The notes below the pieces were generated by a model that had not been told where the DNA came from, did no database searches, and saw only the letters and a list, made by a program, of their open reading frames with translations. Positions 45,318 to 54,591 of a stretch of DNA of 64,000 nt are shown here, piece by piece; the stretch's first letter is position 1; the number at the start of each line of letters is the position of its first letter. Position numbers and translations under genes: made by a program. The stretch is taken from positions 10,193-74,192 of the forward strand of contig JAIXYV010000052.1 in assembly GCA_027490055.1 (NCBI GenBank). The letters run 5' to 3'. Source of the DNA: Bacteroidota bacterium. Lineage in GTDB: Bacteria > Bacteroidota > Bacteroidia > NS11-12g > UBA955.

Positions 45318-46607
45318 CTAACCGAAGAAAGCTTTCTTCTTAACTGGTTTCAGTTCAGGAATAACATAGGATTCCTGAGTTGAAGGTATCTCTATTTTTA
45401 CCTCTATAGGTGCAATCGGTTTAACGATATTCTGATTTTTAAATCTTTCCCAGTCAATTACTTCACCTGAAATATTGGTATTTTGATACGCTGCAAATCT
45501 GCTGTTTTTGGTCTCGTATCCTGGATTTAAACAGATAAATATCTCGTCTTCATATACCGGTAGAATAAACTTCTGCGCTAATAACTGATCCAATATCTCC
45601 TGATACTTTTCAAAATCTTCTTTTCCTACAAAATCACTTAATTTGACAAATCCCATTTTAAGCAATGGCTTTAATGCAGGATATTGACTCATCTGAACCG
45701 GCATCGGATACTGTGCCTTAAATCCAGTTGAAAATAAATGATTGGCAATAATCTTCTGTGATGAATTTAATCGCTCAAAATTGATTTGCTCTTTGTATAG
45801 CTTGTTAAGCTCTTCTGCTACCTGATCGGCCGACTTCTTCCAGGATTGCAATAACTCTTTTACAGAACCTTTCATGTCTCTGCTCTCTTTATTCCAGTGA
45901 TGGAAAAAGTAATGCTCGTGATTCAACATGAAACTGATATTGCCATACTGCTTCCTCAACTGATAATTCAGCCAAAGTATAATCTGCCTCTGTGCATTAA
46001 AACTAAAACGATTGACAGAATGCCACTCTATGAATTCGAATACCGTAGAAGCTAACTGACCATACTGATTAAATTTACCTGGCCATTGCTGCATCATCTT
46101 TTCAAGTGCAGGCGGACAAACTGCCGTTTCTACAACCTGAGATGAAAATAAATCAAAACTACTCGCCGATTGAGTAGCCTCTGAATACAACAAACACGCA
46201 AATAAATCGGAACCTGTTTTACTATTCAACAAATCAAAATTCTCGATTGATTTGTAATACTGATCTGTCTCTTTCTTTAATAAAATGTTTCTGCTTTGCT
46301 TACTCTCCAAATACTCCGGTAACAACAAAATATCAATGTTGTGATTCACCAGACACGAATACCAGGCCGATTTCTGCTTTAAGGTCTGCTCTGTGAACTG
46401 ACGCTTCTGCGACTCTCCGATAGGAAGAGATTTGTATAGTTCAGACAGTTTTACTAACGACTTTTCTAAACCGGAAAACTCTTCCTCTAACTCTTTGTGC
46501 AACTTTTCAAATGGTAATTGGTTCAGCATGTATTGATGCACAAAATAAGTTAAGAATTTCCTCTTATTTAAACGCCTTTGACGAGAGCCTTCATCGTTTA
46601 TAAACAA
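45318..46607 (-). CDS. Hypothetical protein (no recognised domain)
   Basis: 429 aa with a TTG start in the track. The alternative start is ATG at residue 27 (MLNQLPFEK). No signal peptide, TM segment or catalytic motif was recognised. Confidence 0.5.
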   Translation of the reverse strand: MFINDEGSRQRRLNKRKFLTYFVHQYMLNQLPFEKLHKELEEEFSGLEKSLVKLSELYKSLPIGESQKRQFTEQTLKQKSAWYSCLVNHNIDILLLPEYLESKQSRNILLKKETDQYYKSIENFDLLNSKTGSDLFACLLYSEATQSASSFDLFSSQVVETAVCPPALEKMMQQWPGKFNQYGQLASTVFEFIEWHSVNRFSFNAQRQIILWLNYQLRKQYGNISFMLNHEHYFFHHWNKESRDMKGSVKELLQSWKKSADQVAEELNKLYKEQINFERLNSSQKIIANHLFSTGFKAQYPMPVQMSQYPALKPLLKMGFVKLSDFVGKEDFEKYQEILDQLLAQKFILPVYEDEIFICLNPGYETKNSRFAAYQNTNISGEVIDWERFKNQNIVKPIAPIEVKIEIPSTQESYVIPELKPVKKKAFFG

Positions 46608-46890
46608 TAAGAATCATATTTAAACGCCATAAAACGATGGAGTGCCTGTTTGCAATACCTATATGCTGTCTATAAAAATAATCACTAAACAATATCAGCG
46701 GATAACACCTTTTTAAAATCGTGTTAACATTAAATCACCCTAAACTTCTTAAAGTATTAACTTTTAAATGCCGGATTTTGTAATAAAATTCAATCCGAAA
46801 ACTTCGAATGAACAATCCAATCAATAGAAAATTTTAATGAGTTGATTTTATCATTCTATATTGAGAAAAGAATGACTGTAAAACCTAATT

Positions 46891-48078
46891 TTAAAGGCTG
46901 CTTATCTGTTTTATTATTTGATGCCTTAGCTCGTTGATGCCTGTCTTCTTTGTGGCTGATATGAACACGACAGGATTGTGCTCCTTGCTAATCCAACTCT
47001 TCTCGAACTCTGTTAATACTGTGTCTGGATTCTGTTCAACATAACTATCAACTTTGTTAAATACCAACAGAGTTGGTTTATTCTTGGCGCCAATATCAAA
47101 TAAGGTCTGTTTAACCAGTTCCATTTGATTCTCAAATTCTGGATTCGATACATCAACAACGTGTAATAATATATCTGCTTCAACTACCTCTGCCAAAGTG
47201 CTCTTGAAACTCTCGATTAACAAGGTTGGTAGCTTTCTGATAAACCCTACCGTATCACTCAAGAGCAATGGAATATGCATGCCCTCATTGTCTGGATCTT
47301 CAAATACAACTTTGCGCACAGTAGAATCTAATGTAGCAAATAACTTATTCTCTGCCAGTACTTCAGAATGACTTAATAAATTCATTATCGTACTCTTCCC
47401 CACATTCGTATAACCCACCAAGGCTACTCTCTTCTTGTCTGTGCGATTCTGACGCTGCACTTTATTCTGCTTTTCAATCAGCTCTAATCGGTCTTTTAAC
47501 TTGGTAATATTACTTCTGATAACCCTTCTGTCTGTTTCAATCTCTGTTTCCCCCGGACCTTTCATACCAATACCTCCCTTTTGCTTCGATAAGTGTGTCC
47601 ACATCTTGGTTAACCTTGGTAATAAGTATTGATTCTGCGCCAGCTCTACCTGAGTTCTTGCCTGAGCGGTTTTGGCATTCTTTGAGAAAATATCCAGAAT
47701 CAACATGCTGCGGTCTATGATCTTTACCTCCTTAAACTCACTTTCAATATTTCTAATCTGAGAAGGACTCAACTCGTCGTCAAATATGACAAGATCCGCA
47801 TTGTAAGCTGCTACCATCTCTACAAGATCCTTTAGTTTTCCTTCCCCAATATAGGTTCGAGGATTCGGATATTCCAGATTTTGCGTCAATCTGCCCATGG
47901 TGATGGCGCCCGCTGTCGTCGTCAAAGCCTCTAATTCGTCAAGATACTCTTTTGTCCTGTCGTTCTTGTCGCCCTTTTCATGGACGCCTACAAGAATGGC
48001 TCGCTCTCTCTTAACTTCGGTATAATGGTATTGTGACTTCAAGTGTGGAAATATAATTTGTAAAACTACCGCAAACAT
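46891..48078 (-). CDS. hflX: GTPase HflX
   Basis: It has G1 (GYTNVGKST), G3 (DTVGF) and G4 (NKVD) motifs plus an HflX N-terminal domain. The true start may be the TTG at 48042, because a TATGTTTG box overlaps the ATG at 48078. Confidence 0.9.
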   Translation of the reverse strand: MFAVVLQIIFPHLKSQYHYTEVKRERAILVGVHEKGDKNDRTKEYLDELEALTTTAGAITMGRLTQNLEYPNPRTYIGEGKLKDLVEMVAAYNADLVIFDDELSPSQIRNIESEFKEVKIIDRSMLILDIFSKNAKTAQARTQVELAQNQYLLPRLTKMWTHLSKQKGGIGMKGPGETEIETDRRVIRSNITKLKDRLELIEKQNKVQRQNRTDKKRVALVGYTNVGKSTIMNLLSHSEVLAENKLFATLDSTVRKVVFEDPDNEGMHIPLLLSDTVGFIRKLPTLLIESFKSTLAEVVEADILLHVVDVSNPEFENQMELVKQTLFDIGAKNKPTLLVFNKVDSYVEQNPDTVLTEFEKSWISKEHNPVVFISATKKTGINELRHQIIKQISSL

Positions 48079-48099
48079 AGTAATTTAGCCATTCAATTC

Positions 48100-49578
48100 G
48101 TGCATGGTTTGATCAGTCTTTACCAAAATAATATCCGTTATTTAATCCTACTGCTACTGCTTAGCCTTTCTGTGCCTCAAACTAACGCTCAGCAAGTCAT
48201 CTGGGCCAATAAAAATAACCTCGATAAACGAACCGATTTTACGAAAGTAATCGGCCAGAACCGCTTCGGTGTCTTTGTGCTCAAACATAAAAACAGCACC
48301 TTCAGACGCTATTTCATCCTCGAACAGTTTGATAAAAAAATGAACCTCCTTAAAAGTAAAACTTTTAAAATCCCTGGAGGTGAACTGGAAAAAATAGTCG
48401 TTACCGAAAATCAGGTGGTGTATTTTACGAAAGTATATGGCAAAGGATTTTTCTACACCCTTAGAATGCAGACCATCGACTCTTCGATGAATGAATCTGC
48501 GCCACAGACAATTGTTAATTCGGAAAGTTTTAATAACGAAACCATTAATTTCAGAATTGAATATACCCATAAAAAAGACAAATTTCTAATCTGGTACATG
48601 CTGGAAGAAGGTGAAAAAACAAAAATTGTCTACCACCTTTGCAGTGTCAATAACTACATCAAACAAGGTGAAAACATCATTGAAAGTAATCTGTCTGAAA
48701 TCTATGTTGGTGATGCCGCCATTGATGACTCTGCCAACCTCTTTATATTCTACTCTAAATCTGAAAGATTCAGAAGCAAAAACTCAGAGGATTTCTTTCA
48801 TTATGTATACGGTTATAACCTTAATTCTGGCAAAGTCCTGAATCAATTAATCAACAATACTGAAACCTATGTCAGCTCCTATAAAATAGCCTATAACTAT
48901 AGCAATAATACAGTTACTGCAATTGGTTTTCACGGTCTGGATAATGAAGATGAAAACAAAGGCTATTTTTCTGTCATCGTTGACTGCAGCCAGTTAAATG
49001 TCAGACAAACCGTTTTCAAAGACTTTGATAGAAAAATAGTCTCTCAAATAATTGGTGCTAAAAATGAAAAAAATGGTGATCAACTCAGTAAGTTTAAAAT
49101 TAAAAAACTAATCCCTAAAATTGATGGTGGAATACTTATCATTGCTGAAAGAAGCTATGTCACCACTCAAAGTGAAATCTTCTATGTCAATGGTATTCCT
49201 CAAAGCAGCTATGCCAAAATATTCAATAATGATGAAGTCCTGCTCCTAAGCACAGACAGCACCGGAAATACTTTATGGACGGATGTGATTATTAAAAATC
49301 AATCGACGGTTAATGATGGCGGTTATTACAATGGCATCATCGTGATGGTTAACGATGATCAGATCAATATACTTTATAACGATAAGCTAAATGCTAATGC
49401 CGATATTATTCAGGTAAGCTATCAGCCAAACGGCGAACACACTAAAAAAATACTACTGAATAATGATCAGTATTACGCACTCGTTATTCCGGCTGAGTAT
49501 AATCAGGTTACCTCTAATAGCATTGTAATTCCTATTAATCAGAACCGCGACTTCACCTACATAAAATTACTCTATTGA
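48100..49578 (+). CDS. Hypothetical secreted protein
   Basis: 492 aa with a GTG start and signal peptide LLLLLSLSVPQTNAQ. It is beta-rich with no recognised motif. Confidence 0.5.
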   Translation: MHGLISLYQNNIRYLILLLLLSLSVPQTNAQQVIWANKNNLDKRTDFTKVIGQNRFGVFVLKHKNSTFRRYFILEQFDKKMNLLKSKTFKIPGGELEKIVVTENQVVYFTKVYGKGFFYTLRMQTIDSSMNESAPQTIVNSESFNNETINFRIEYTHKKDKFLIWYMLEEGEKTKIVYHLCSVNNYIKQGENIIESNLSEIYVGDAAIDDSANLFIFYSKSERFRSKNSEDFFHYVYGYNLNSGKVLNQLINNTETYVSSYKIAYNYSNNTVTAIGFHGLDNEDENKGYFSVIVDCSQLNVRQTVFKDFDRKIVSQIIGAKNEKNGDQLSKFKIKKLIPKIDGGILIIAERSYVTTQSEIFYVNGIPQSSYAKIFNNDEVLLLSTDSTGNTLWTDVIIKNQSTVNDGGYYNGIIVMVNDDQINILYNDKLNANADIIQVSYQPNGEHTKKILLNNDQYYALVIPAEYNQVTSNSIVIPINQNRDFTYIKLLY

Positions 49579-50540
49579 TACGTTTATTTTCATTTACATT
49601 CAATCAAACAATCCTGTTTTTGTTTATTTTCACAATAGTGATCAGAACATCCGGATTGCTTGTGCCCTATGTCAATACCACCCAAAATCTTAATATAAAT
49701 TACCTGTCTGACTTCTTTAATTCTATCAATGAGTTTCCTCTGCTGGGTTTTATTATTTCTACTTTATTCGTCTTTGTAACAGCTCTTATCTTCAATCATA
49801 TCTGTATTCAGCACGAGCTAATTATCTTTCCCTCTTATTTACCAGCCTATTTCTTTGTGCTTCTTAACTCTGTTTTTGTTGATCAGTTTTATGCAGGTCC
49901 GGTAATCTTTGTTAACTTCTTTCTTATTATATCTCTTGGTGCTATCCTCAAGCTGTATCAGTCTGATAACCCTAGTATCTCTATATTCTCGGCTTCCACA
50001 CTGGCCGGATTGAGCGCTCTGCTAAATATGACCTATATCGCTTTTTTCGTAGTGGTTCTTATTGGTATCAATATTTTCAGACCTTTCAACTTCAGAGAAA
50101 ACTTGTCGGCACTTATTGGCTTTCTGCTGCCTTTGTATATAGGGACCATGATCAATTATCTCATAAATGATAATTTTCTGCCCTTTCATATTTTCTTTCC
50201 TGATTACGGTAATTTTAACAACCAAAACTGGGCCTTATATTCTGCCCTGCCAAGTATTGGTCTGGTAGGCATACTGGCTTTTATAAGGATGTATAAAAAC
50301 TTCTTTAGAAACTCTACTAAACAGAGACGATCAATTCAGTTTATGCTGATACTGCTGATTACTTCCCTCATCCTGATGATGACAGGAAAACAAAATGCCA
50401 GACAGGAATTCGCTTTCGTTACTATCCCACTGGCATTCTCTTTTACTTTCTATTTCTCTAACAGCAAAATCAATGTGCTGAAAGAAATCGTTAATGTGCT
50501 GCTAATTATATCTATTCTCTATTTTAGATATAATCAGTAA
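49575..50540 (+). CDS. Hypothetical multi-pass membrane protein
   Basis: 321 aa with about 8-9 TM segments. Its TTG start overlaps the upstream stop (TTGA). Confidence 0.5.
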   Translation: MIRLFSFTFNQTILFLFIFTIVIRTSGLLVPYVNTTQNLNINYLSDFFNSINEFPLLGFIISTLFVFVTALIFNHICIQHELIIFPSYLPAYFFVLLNSVFVDQFYAGPVIFVNFFLIISLGAILKLYQSDNPSISIFSASTLAGLSALLNMTYIAFFVVVLIGINIFRPFNFRENLSALIGFLLPLYIGTMINYLINDNFLPFHIFFPDYGNFNNQNWALYSALPSIGLVGILAFIRMYKNFFRNSTKQRRSIQFMLILLITSLILMMTGKQNARQEFAFVTIPLAFSFTFYFSNSKINVLKEIVNVLLIISILYFRYNQ

Positions 50541-50545
50541 ACACC

Positions 50546-51127
50546 TTACTTTTTAAAGACATTCAAAAATTCCTGATCACCCGGTTTCACATTTGAACCG
50601 AAATAATGCAGCAATTTGCCTTCCGGACTTACAACAAACTTGTTAAAATTCCATTTTACTTCAAAATCTCCGGCGCCATTCTTTGCCTTCTGTGTTAACC
50701 ACGAATACAGTGCATGCTGAGAAGTGCCCTTAACATCTAGTTTTTCGGTTAGCATAAATGTTACACCGTAATTCTTCTGGCAAAATGCGCCAATCTCTTC
50801 AGCTGTGCCAGGTTCCTGACCGCCAAACTGATTACACGGACTGCCAATAACCACCACATTGCTGTCAGCATACTTTAAATGAAAATCCTGTAAATCTTTG
50901 TACTGAGGTGTGTAACCGCATTCGCTAGCAGTGTTTACGAATACCAGGTACTTGCCTTTGTAATCCGATAATTTGATGCTGCCCTTGCCATCCAGTGTCT
51001 TTAAACTAATACTGTAAATAGAACTGTCTGGTTGTATGTTCTCAGCACCTTCGATTTTTTTCGATTTGCCTACAAAACATGATGTTAAAAATGTTAATAT
51101 TCCCATGGTAAATAATATGCTTTTCAT
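50546..51127 (-). CDS. Glutathione peroxidase (lipoprotein form, Cys-type)
   Basis: 193 aa with lipobox LTSC. The GPx motifs VNTASECGYTPQY and FPCNQFGGQEP-like (SPCNQFGGQEP) are present. The active site is Cys, not TGA. Confidence 0.9.
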   Translation of the reverse strand: MKSILFTMGILTFLTSCFVGKSKKIEGAENIQPDSSIYSISLKTLDGKGSIKLSDYKGKYLVFVNTASECGYTPQYKDLQDFHLKYADSNVVVIGSPCNQFGGQEPGTAEEIGAFCQKNYGVTFMLTEKLDVKGTSQHALYSWLTQKAKNGAGDFEVKWNFNKFVVSPEGKLLHYFGSNVKPGDQEFLNVFKK

Positions 51128-51138
51128 AATTAGATGAA

Positions 51139-51146
51139 CAAATTTA
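51139..51146 (-). promoter_or_regulatory. TAnnTTTG -7 box (TAAATTTG) 11 nt upstream of the glutathione peroxidase ATG
   Basis: Exact motif on the minus strand. Confidence 0.5.
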
Positions 51147-51177
51147 ACTTAATTGTGTTTTAGAAAGGGAAAAAACA

Positions 51178-51621
51178 TTGGAAAATAACTTTACAGCCGA
51201 CGAAATAGATCCTCTAAAAAAGGATGCTCTCTATCAGGGACCAGATAAATTCTCTCCTATTCCACTATCTGTGTCTTCCCCAAAAATACAGCCTATAGAC
51301 AAGCGCTTGGTGAAAGCTAATGCCTTCGAAACAATGCAATACCAAGCCAATCAGCAAGTCATGATGCTCAAAAAACAAGCTGATTTACTCATTGAACAAG
51401 CTCGTATGATTGAAGAACGTCTGCAGATCTCTCAAAGAATTTATGAGGCCGATATAAACTTTGAACCCGTTATCGGTACACTTTACCATGTTTACGAAAA
51501 GGGTGATAAAACAGTGCTTTCTCTGGTTGCACCCGAAGAATGGGGCCGTAAAATGCCCTTTACCAGACATGTTTGCTCAGCCAGGCTGCTGGGAGACAAA
51601 AGCTGGGAACTGTTGAAATAA
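51178..51621 (+). CDS. DUF2452-like protein
   Basis: 147 aa with a TTG start. The C-terminal pattern RIYEADINFEPVIGTLYHVY...VLSLVAPEEWGRKMPF...ARLLGDKSWELL resembles DUF2452 (from memory). Confidence 0.55.
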   Translation: MENNFTADEIDPLKKDALYQGPDKFSPIPLSVSSPKIQPIDKRLVKANAFETMQYQANQQVMMLKKQADLLIEQARMIEERLQISQRIYEADINFEPVIGTLYHVYEKGDKTVLSLVAPEEWGRKMPFTRHVCSARLLGDKSWELLK

Positions 51622-51647
51622 AAAAATTACAAGCCTGTTTATTTGAT

Positions 51648-51655
51648 TAAATTTG
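51648..51655 (+). promoter_or_regulatory. TAnnTTTG -7 box (TAAATTTG) 6 nt before GTG 51662 (leaderless-type)
   Basis: Sequence TAAATTTG-cttcct-GTG. The track start (TTG 51653) lies inside the box itself. Confidence 0.5.
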
Positions 51656-51661
51656 CTTCCT

Positions 51662-53107
51662 GTGGGTATACTCAGGAAACTAGCCTCTCAAACTGCCATT
51701 TACGGACTTAGCTCTATGCTGGGCAGGTTTATTAATTTTCTGCTCGTCATTCCTCATACCGAATACCTTAAAACTGTCGGTGCTTATGGCGATATTACAA
51801 CAGTCTTTGCTTTCATGGCTTTCTTTAATATCTTGCTTAGCTATGGCATGGATACCACCTACTTTAACTTTATCAGAAATGGACACGCCCCTCAAAAAGT
51901 CTATGCCATCGCCCAAAAGAGCCTAATCGCCTCAACTCTGGTTTTCTCTGCATTAGTACTTGTATTTAGTCAGGCCGCCGCCAACTTCATGGGCTTTCCT
52001 GCCAATACCGAATATGTATACATTTGCCTAATATTCCTTTGTTTTGATACACTTTCTGTTCTGCCTTTTGCCAGAATCAGATACGAAGAAAGACCCCTAA
52101 AATTTGCAGCAGTTAAACTTGCCAATATCCTGGTAAACGTCGGATTAAATCTATTGCTCTTAACCCATACTCCTGATTTTTTAATGTCCTTTAATCAGGT
52201 AAGTCTGATTTTAATCGCTAACGCAGCAGCCAGTATGGTCTCATTCACCCTCCTGTCACCTTTGGTATTCAAAATCAATTTCGATTTCGATAAAGAACTC
52301 TATCAAAAAATGTTGAAATACGCCTGGCCGCTTATTTTTGTTGGTCTGGCAGGTATTGTTAACGAAACCCTGGATCGCACCCTGCTTAAACGGCTCTTAC
52401 CCGAGGCAGAAGGGTCTTATCAAAATGGCATCTATGGCGCTTTCTATAAACTGACTATGGTAATGACCATGTTTGTACAAGCGTTTCGCTTTGCCGCTGA
52501 ACCACTGTTCTTCAAGCAAAAAGACGGTGAAGAAAGCAATAAAATGTACGCTAATGTGATGTACTGGTTCATCGGTGTCTGTGCCTTCATCTTCATGGCA
52601 TGCATGTTCTTTATCGATTTACTCGCACATCTTTTTATCAGAAAAGCTGAATTCTTTGATAATCCGGATGGCATGTTCATCGTTCCAATTTTGCTTTTAG
52701 CTAACTTGTTCCTGGGCATATACTATAACCTGAGTATCTGGTACAGATTTACTAATAATACCAAACTGGGCGCAATGATTGCGGCAGGTGCTGCTATACT
52801 GACCATTGTGCTTAATATCGCTCTAATTCCTTCTTTTGGCTTTGTGGCCTGTGCCTGGATTACACTGGGTGTTTATGCCGGCATGACAATAGTCTCCTAT
52901 TTCATGGGTAAACGTTACTATCCAATACCTTACCATGTTGGCAAATACCTGATTGTCCTTTTAACTGCACTATTCCTTTGGATGGCCTCTAATCAACTTA
53001 TTTGTCATATTCAGGTCAAATGGCAGGAAATTGCAATAAATATTTCACTGCTATCGTTGTTTCTGTTGATAATTTGGTTGCTACAACCAAAACGAAAAAA
53101 TGCTTAA
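51662..53107 (+). CDS. MOP-superfamily polysaccharide/oligosaccharide flippase (Wzx/MurJ-like)
   Basis: About 481 aa with about 14 TM segments. The N-terminus ...LRKLASQTAIYGLSSMLGRFINFLLV is typical of this family. The start could be GTG 51662 or TTG 51653. Confidence 0.75.
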   Translation: MGILRKLASQTAIYGLSSMLGRFINFLLVIPHTEYLKTVGAYGDITTVFAFMAFFNILLSYGMDTTYFNFIRNGHAPQKVYAIAQKSLIASTLVFSALVLVFSQAAANFMGFPANTEYVYICLIFLCFDTLSVLPFARIRYEERPLKFAAVKLANILVNVGLNLLLLTHTPDFLMSFNQVSLILIANAAASMVSFTLLSPLVFKINFDFDKELYQKMLKYAWPLIFVGLAGIVNETLDRTLLKRLLPEAEGSYQNGIYGAFYKLTMVMTMFVQAFRFAAEPLFFKQKDGEESNKMYANVMYWFIGVCAFIFMACMFFIDLLAHLFIRKAEFFDNPDGMFIVPILLLANLFLGIYYNLSIWYRFTNNTKLGAMIAAGAAILTIVLNIALIPSFGFVACAWITLGVYAGMTIVSYFMGKRYYPIPYHVGKYLIVLLTALFLWMASNQLICHIQVKWQEIAINISLLSLFLLIIWLLQPKRKNA

Positions 53108-53112
53108 ATTTG
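53105..53112 (+). promoter_or_regulatory. TAnnTTTG -7 box (TAAATTTG) 15 nt upstream of the dut TTG start
   Basis: Exact motif. It overlaps the flippase stop codon. Confidence 0.4.
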
Positions 53113-53127
53113 CCCGGTTAATTCGAT

Positions 53128-53562
53128 TTGAAAGTCAAGATTAAAAACATAGGTCCGAATCCCTTACCAACTTATCAGACATCCATGTCTGCAGGTGCCG
53201 ATCTGCATGCTAATACTGATGAACCAATAGTGATTGAATCTCTTGAAAGAGTTTTAATTCCAACCGGACTCTTTATCGAACTACCTGAAGGCTACGAAGC
53301 TCAAATCAGGCCGAGAAGCGGACTGGCTTTTAAAAACGGTATCACTGTGCTAAACTCTCCCGGCACCATTGATGCTGATTACAGAGGTGAAATCAAAGTA
53401 CTTCTGGTAAATGTAAGTCGCGATCCATTTACGGTTTCCCCTGGCGATAGAATTGCTCAAATGGTAATCGCTAAATGCGAACAAGCTGAATGGCTGTCAG
53501 AAACTGAACTTAGTAAAACCGAAAGAGGAGAAGGTGGTTACGGACATACCGGAACCCGTTAA
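53128..53562 (+). CDS. dut: dUTP diphosphatase
   Basis: 144 aa with a TTG start. The motifs SAGADL, RPRSGLA and [10 protein letters not shown] are present. Confidence 0.92.
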   Translation: MKVKIKNIGPNPLPTYQTSMSAGADLHANTDEPIVIESLERVLIPTGLFIELPEGYEAQIRPRSGLAFKNGITVLNSPGTIDADYRGEIKVLLVNVSRDPFTVSPGDRIAQMVIAKCEQAEWLSETELSKTERGEGGYGHTGTR

Positions 53563-53573
53563 AAAGAATTTAA

Positions 53574-54584
53574 ATGAGTGGAATGAATATTATTATCCCA
53601 ATGGCAGGTATGGGCAAACGAATGAGACCCCATACGTTAACTGTTCCAAAACCATTATTGCCAATTGCAGGCAAACCAATCGTACAACGCCTTGTTGAAG
53701 ATATCGCTGCTGTATGTAAAGATCAGATCAATGAAGTTGCCTTTGTTATCGGCGACTTCGGGCACGAAGTTGAAGTACAGTTGCTGAAAATTGCTGAAAG
53801 CATCGGCGCTGAAGGTAGAATTTACTACCAGGACGAAGCACTTGGTACCGCTCATGCTGTTATGTGCGCAACGCCTTCTCTTACAGGCGAAGTTATCGTA
53901 GCTTTTGCAGATACTCTGTTTAAAGCTGAGTTTGATCTGGATAAAAGTGCAGATGGTACCATCTGGGTGCACAAAGTTGCTAATCCTAGTCAGTTCGGTG
54001 TCGTTAAACTGGATGAAAATAACGCTATCACAGACTTTATTGAAAAGCCTACTGAATTCATATCTGATTTAGCTATCATCGGTATCTATTACTTCAAAGA
54101 TGGTGACAACCTGCTTGATGAAATCATGTACCTGATCGATAATGATATCAAAGAAAAAGGTGAATACCAGTTAACCAATGCCCTTGAAAACATGAAAAAC
54201 AAAGGACTTGTGTTCAAACCAGGCGAAGTGGAAGAATGGCTGGATTGTGGTAATAAAGATGCTACTGTCTTTACCAACCAACGTGTTCTCGAAATTAAAA
54301 AAGATGAGTTCGCTGTGCCTGCCGGTAGATTTAACCAGGGCACTACTATCATAGAGCCTTGCTTTATTGACGAAGATGTCGTGATTGAAAATTGCAACAT
54401 CGGTCCGCATGTCTCTATCGGTAAAGGCTCTGTGATTAAAAACAGTACTATTTCCAATAGCATCATTCAAAAACACTGTCAAATTGATTCTGCGAATTTT
54501 ACTAATAGCATGATCGGTAATCACGTTTCTATTAACGGTCAGTGCAAGGAATTCAGTATTGGTGATTATAGTACCCTAATCTAA
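53574..54584 (+). CDS. Sugar-phosphate nucleotidyltransferase with C-terminal left-handed beta-helix
   Basis: 336 aa. The N-terminus is IIPMAGMGKRMRP...PKPLLPIAGKP, and hexapeptide-like repeats occupy the C-terminus. Confidence 0.8.
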   Translation: MSGMNIIIPMAGMGKRMRPHTLTVPKPLLPIAGKPIVQRLVEDIAAVCKDQINEVAFVIGDFGHEVEVQLLKIAESIGAEGRIYYQDEALGTAHAVMCATPSLTGEVIVAFADTLFKAEFDLDKSADGTIWVHKVANPSQFGVVKLDENNAITDFIEKPTEFISDLAIIGIYYFKDGDNLLDEIMYLIDNDIKEKGEYQLTNALENMKNKGLVFKPGEVEEWLDCGNKDATVFTNQRVLEIKKDEFAVPAGRFNQGTTIIEPCFIDEDVVIENCNIGPHVSIGKGSVIKNSTISNSIIQKHCQIDSANFTNSMIGNHVSINGQCKEFSIGDYSTLI

Positions 54585-54591
54585 AAGCCTC

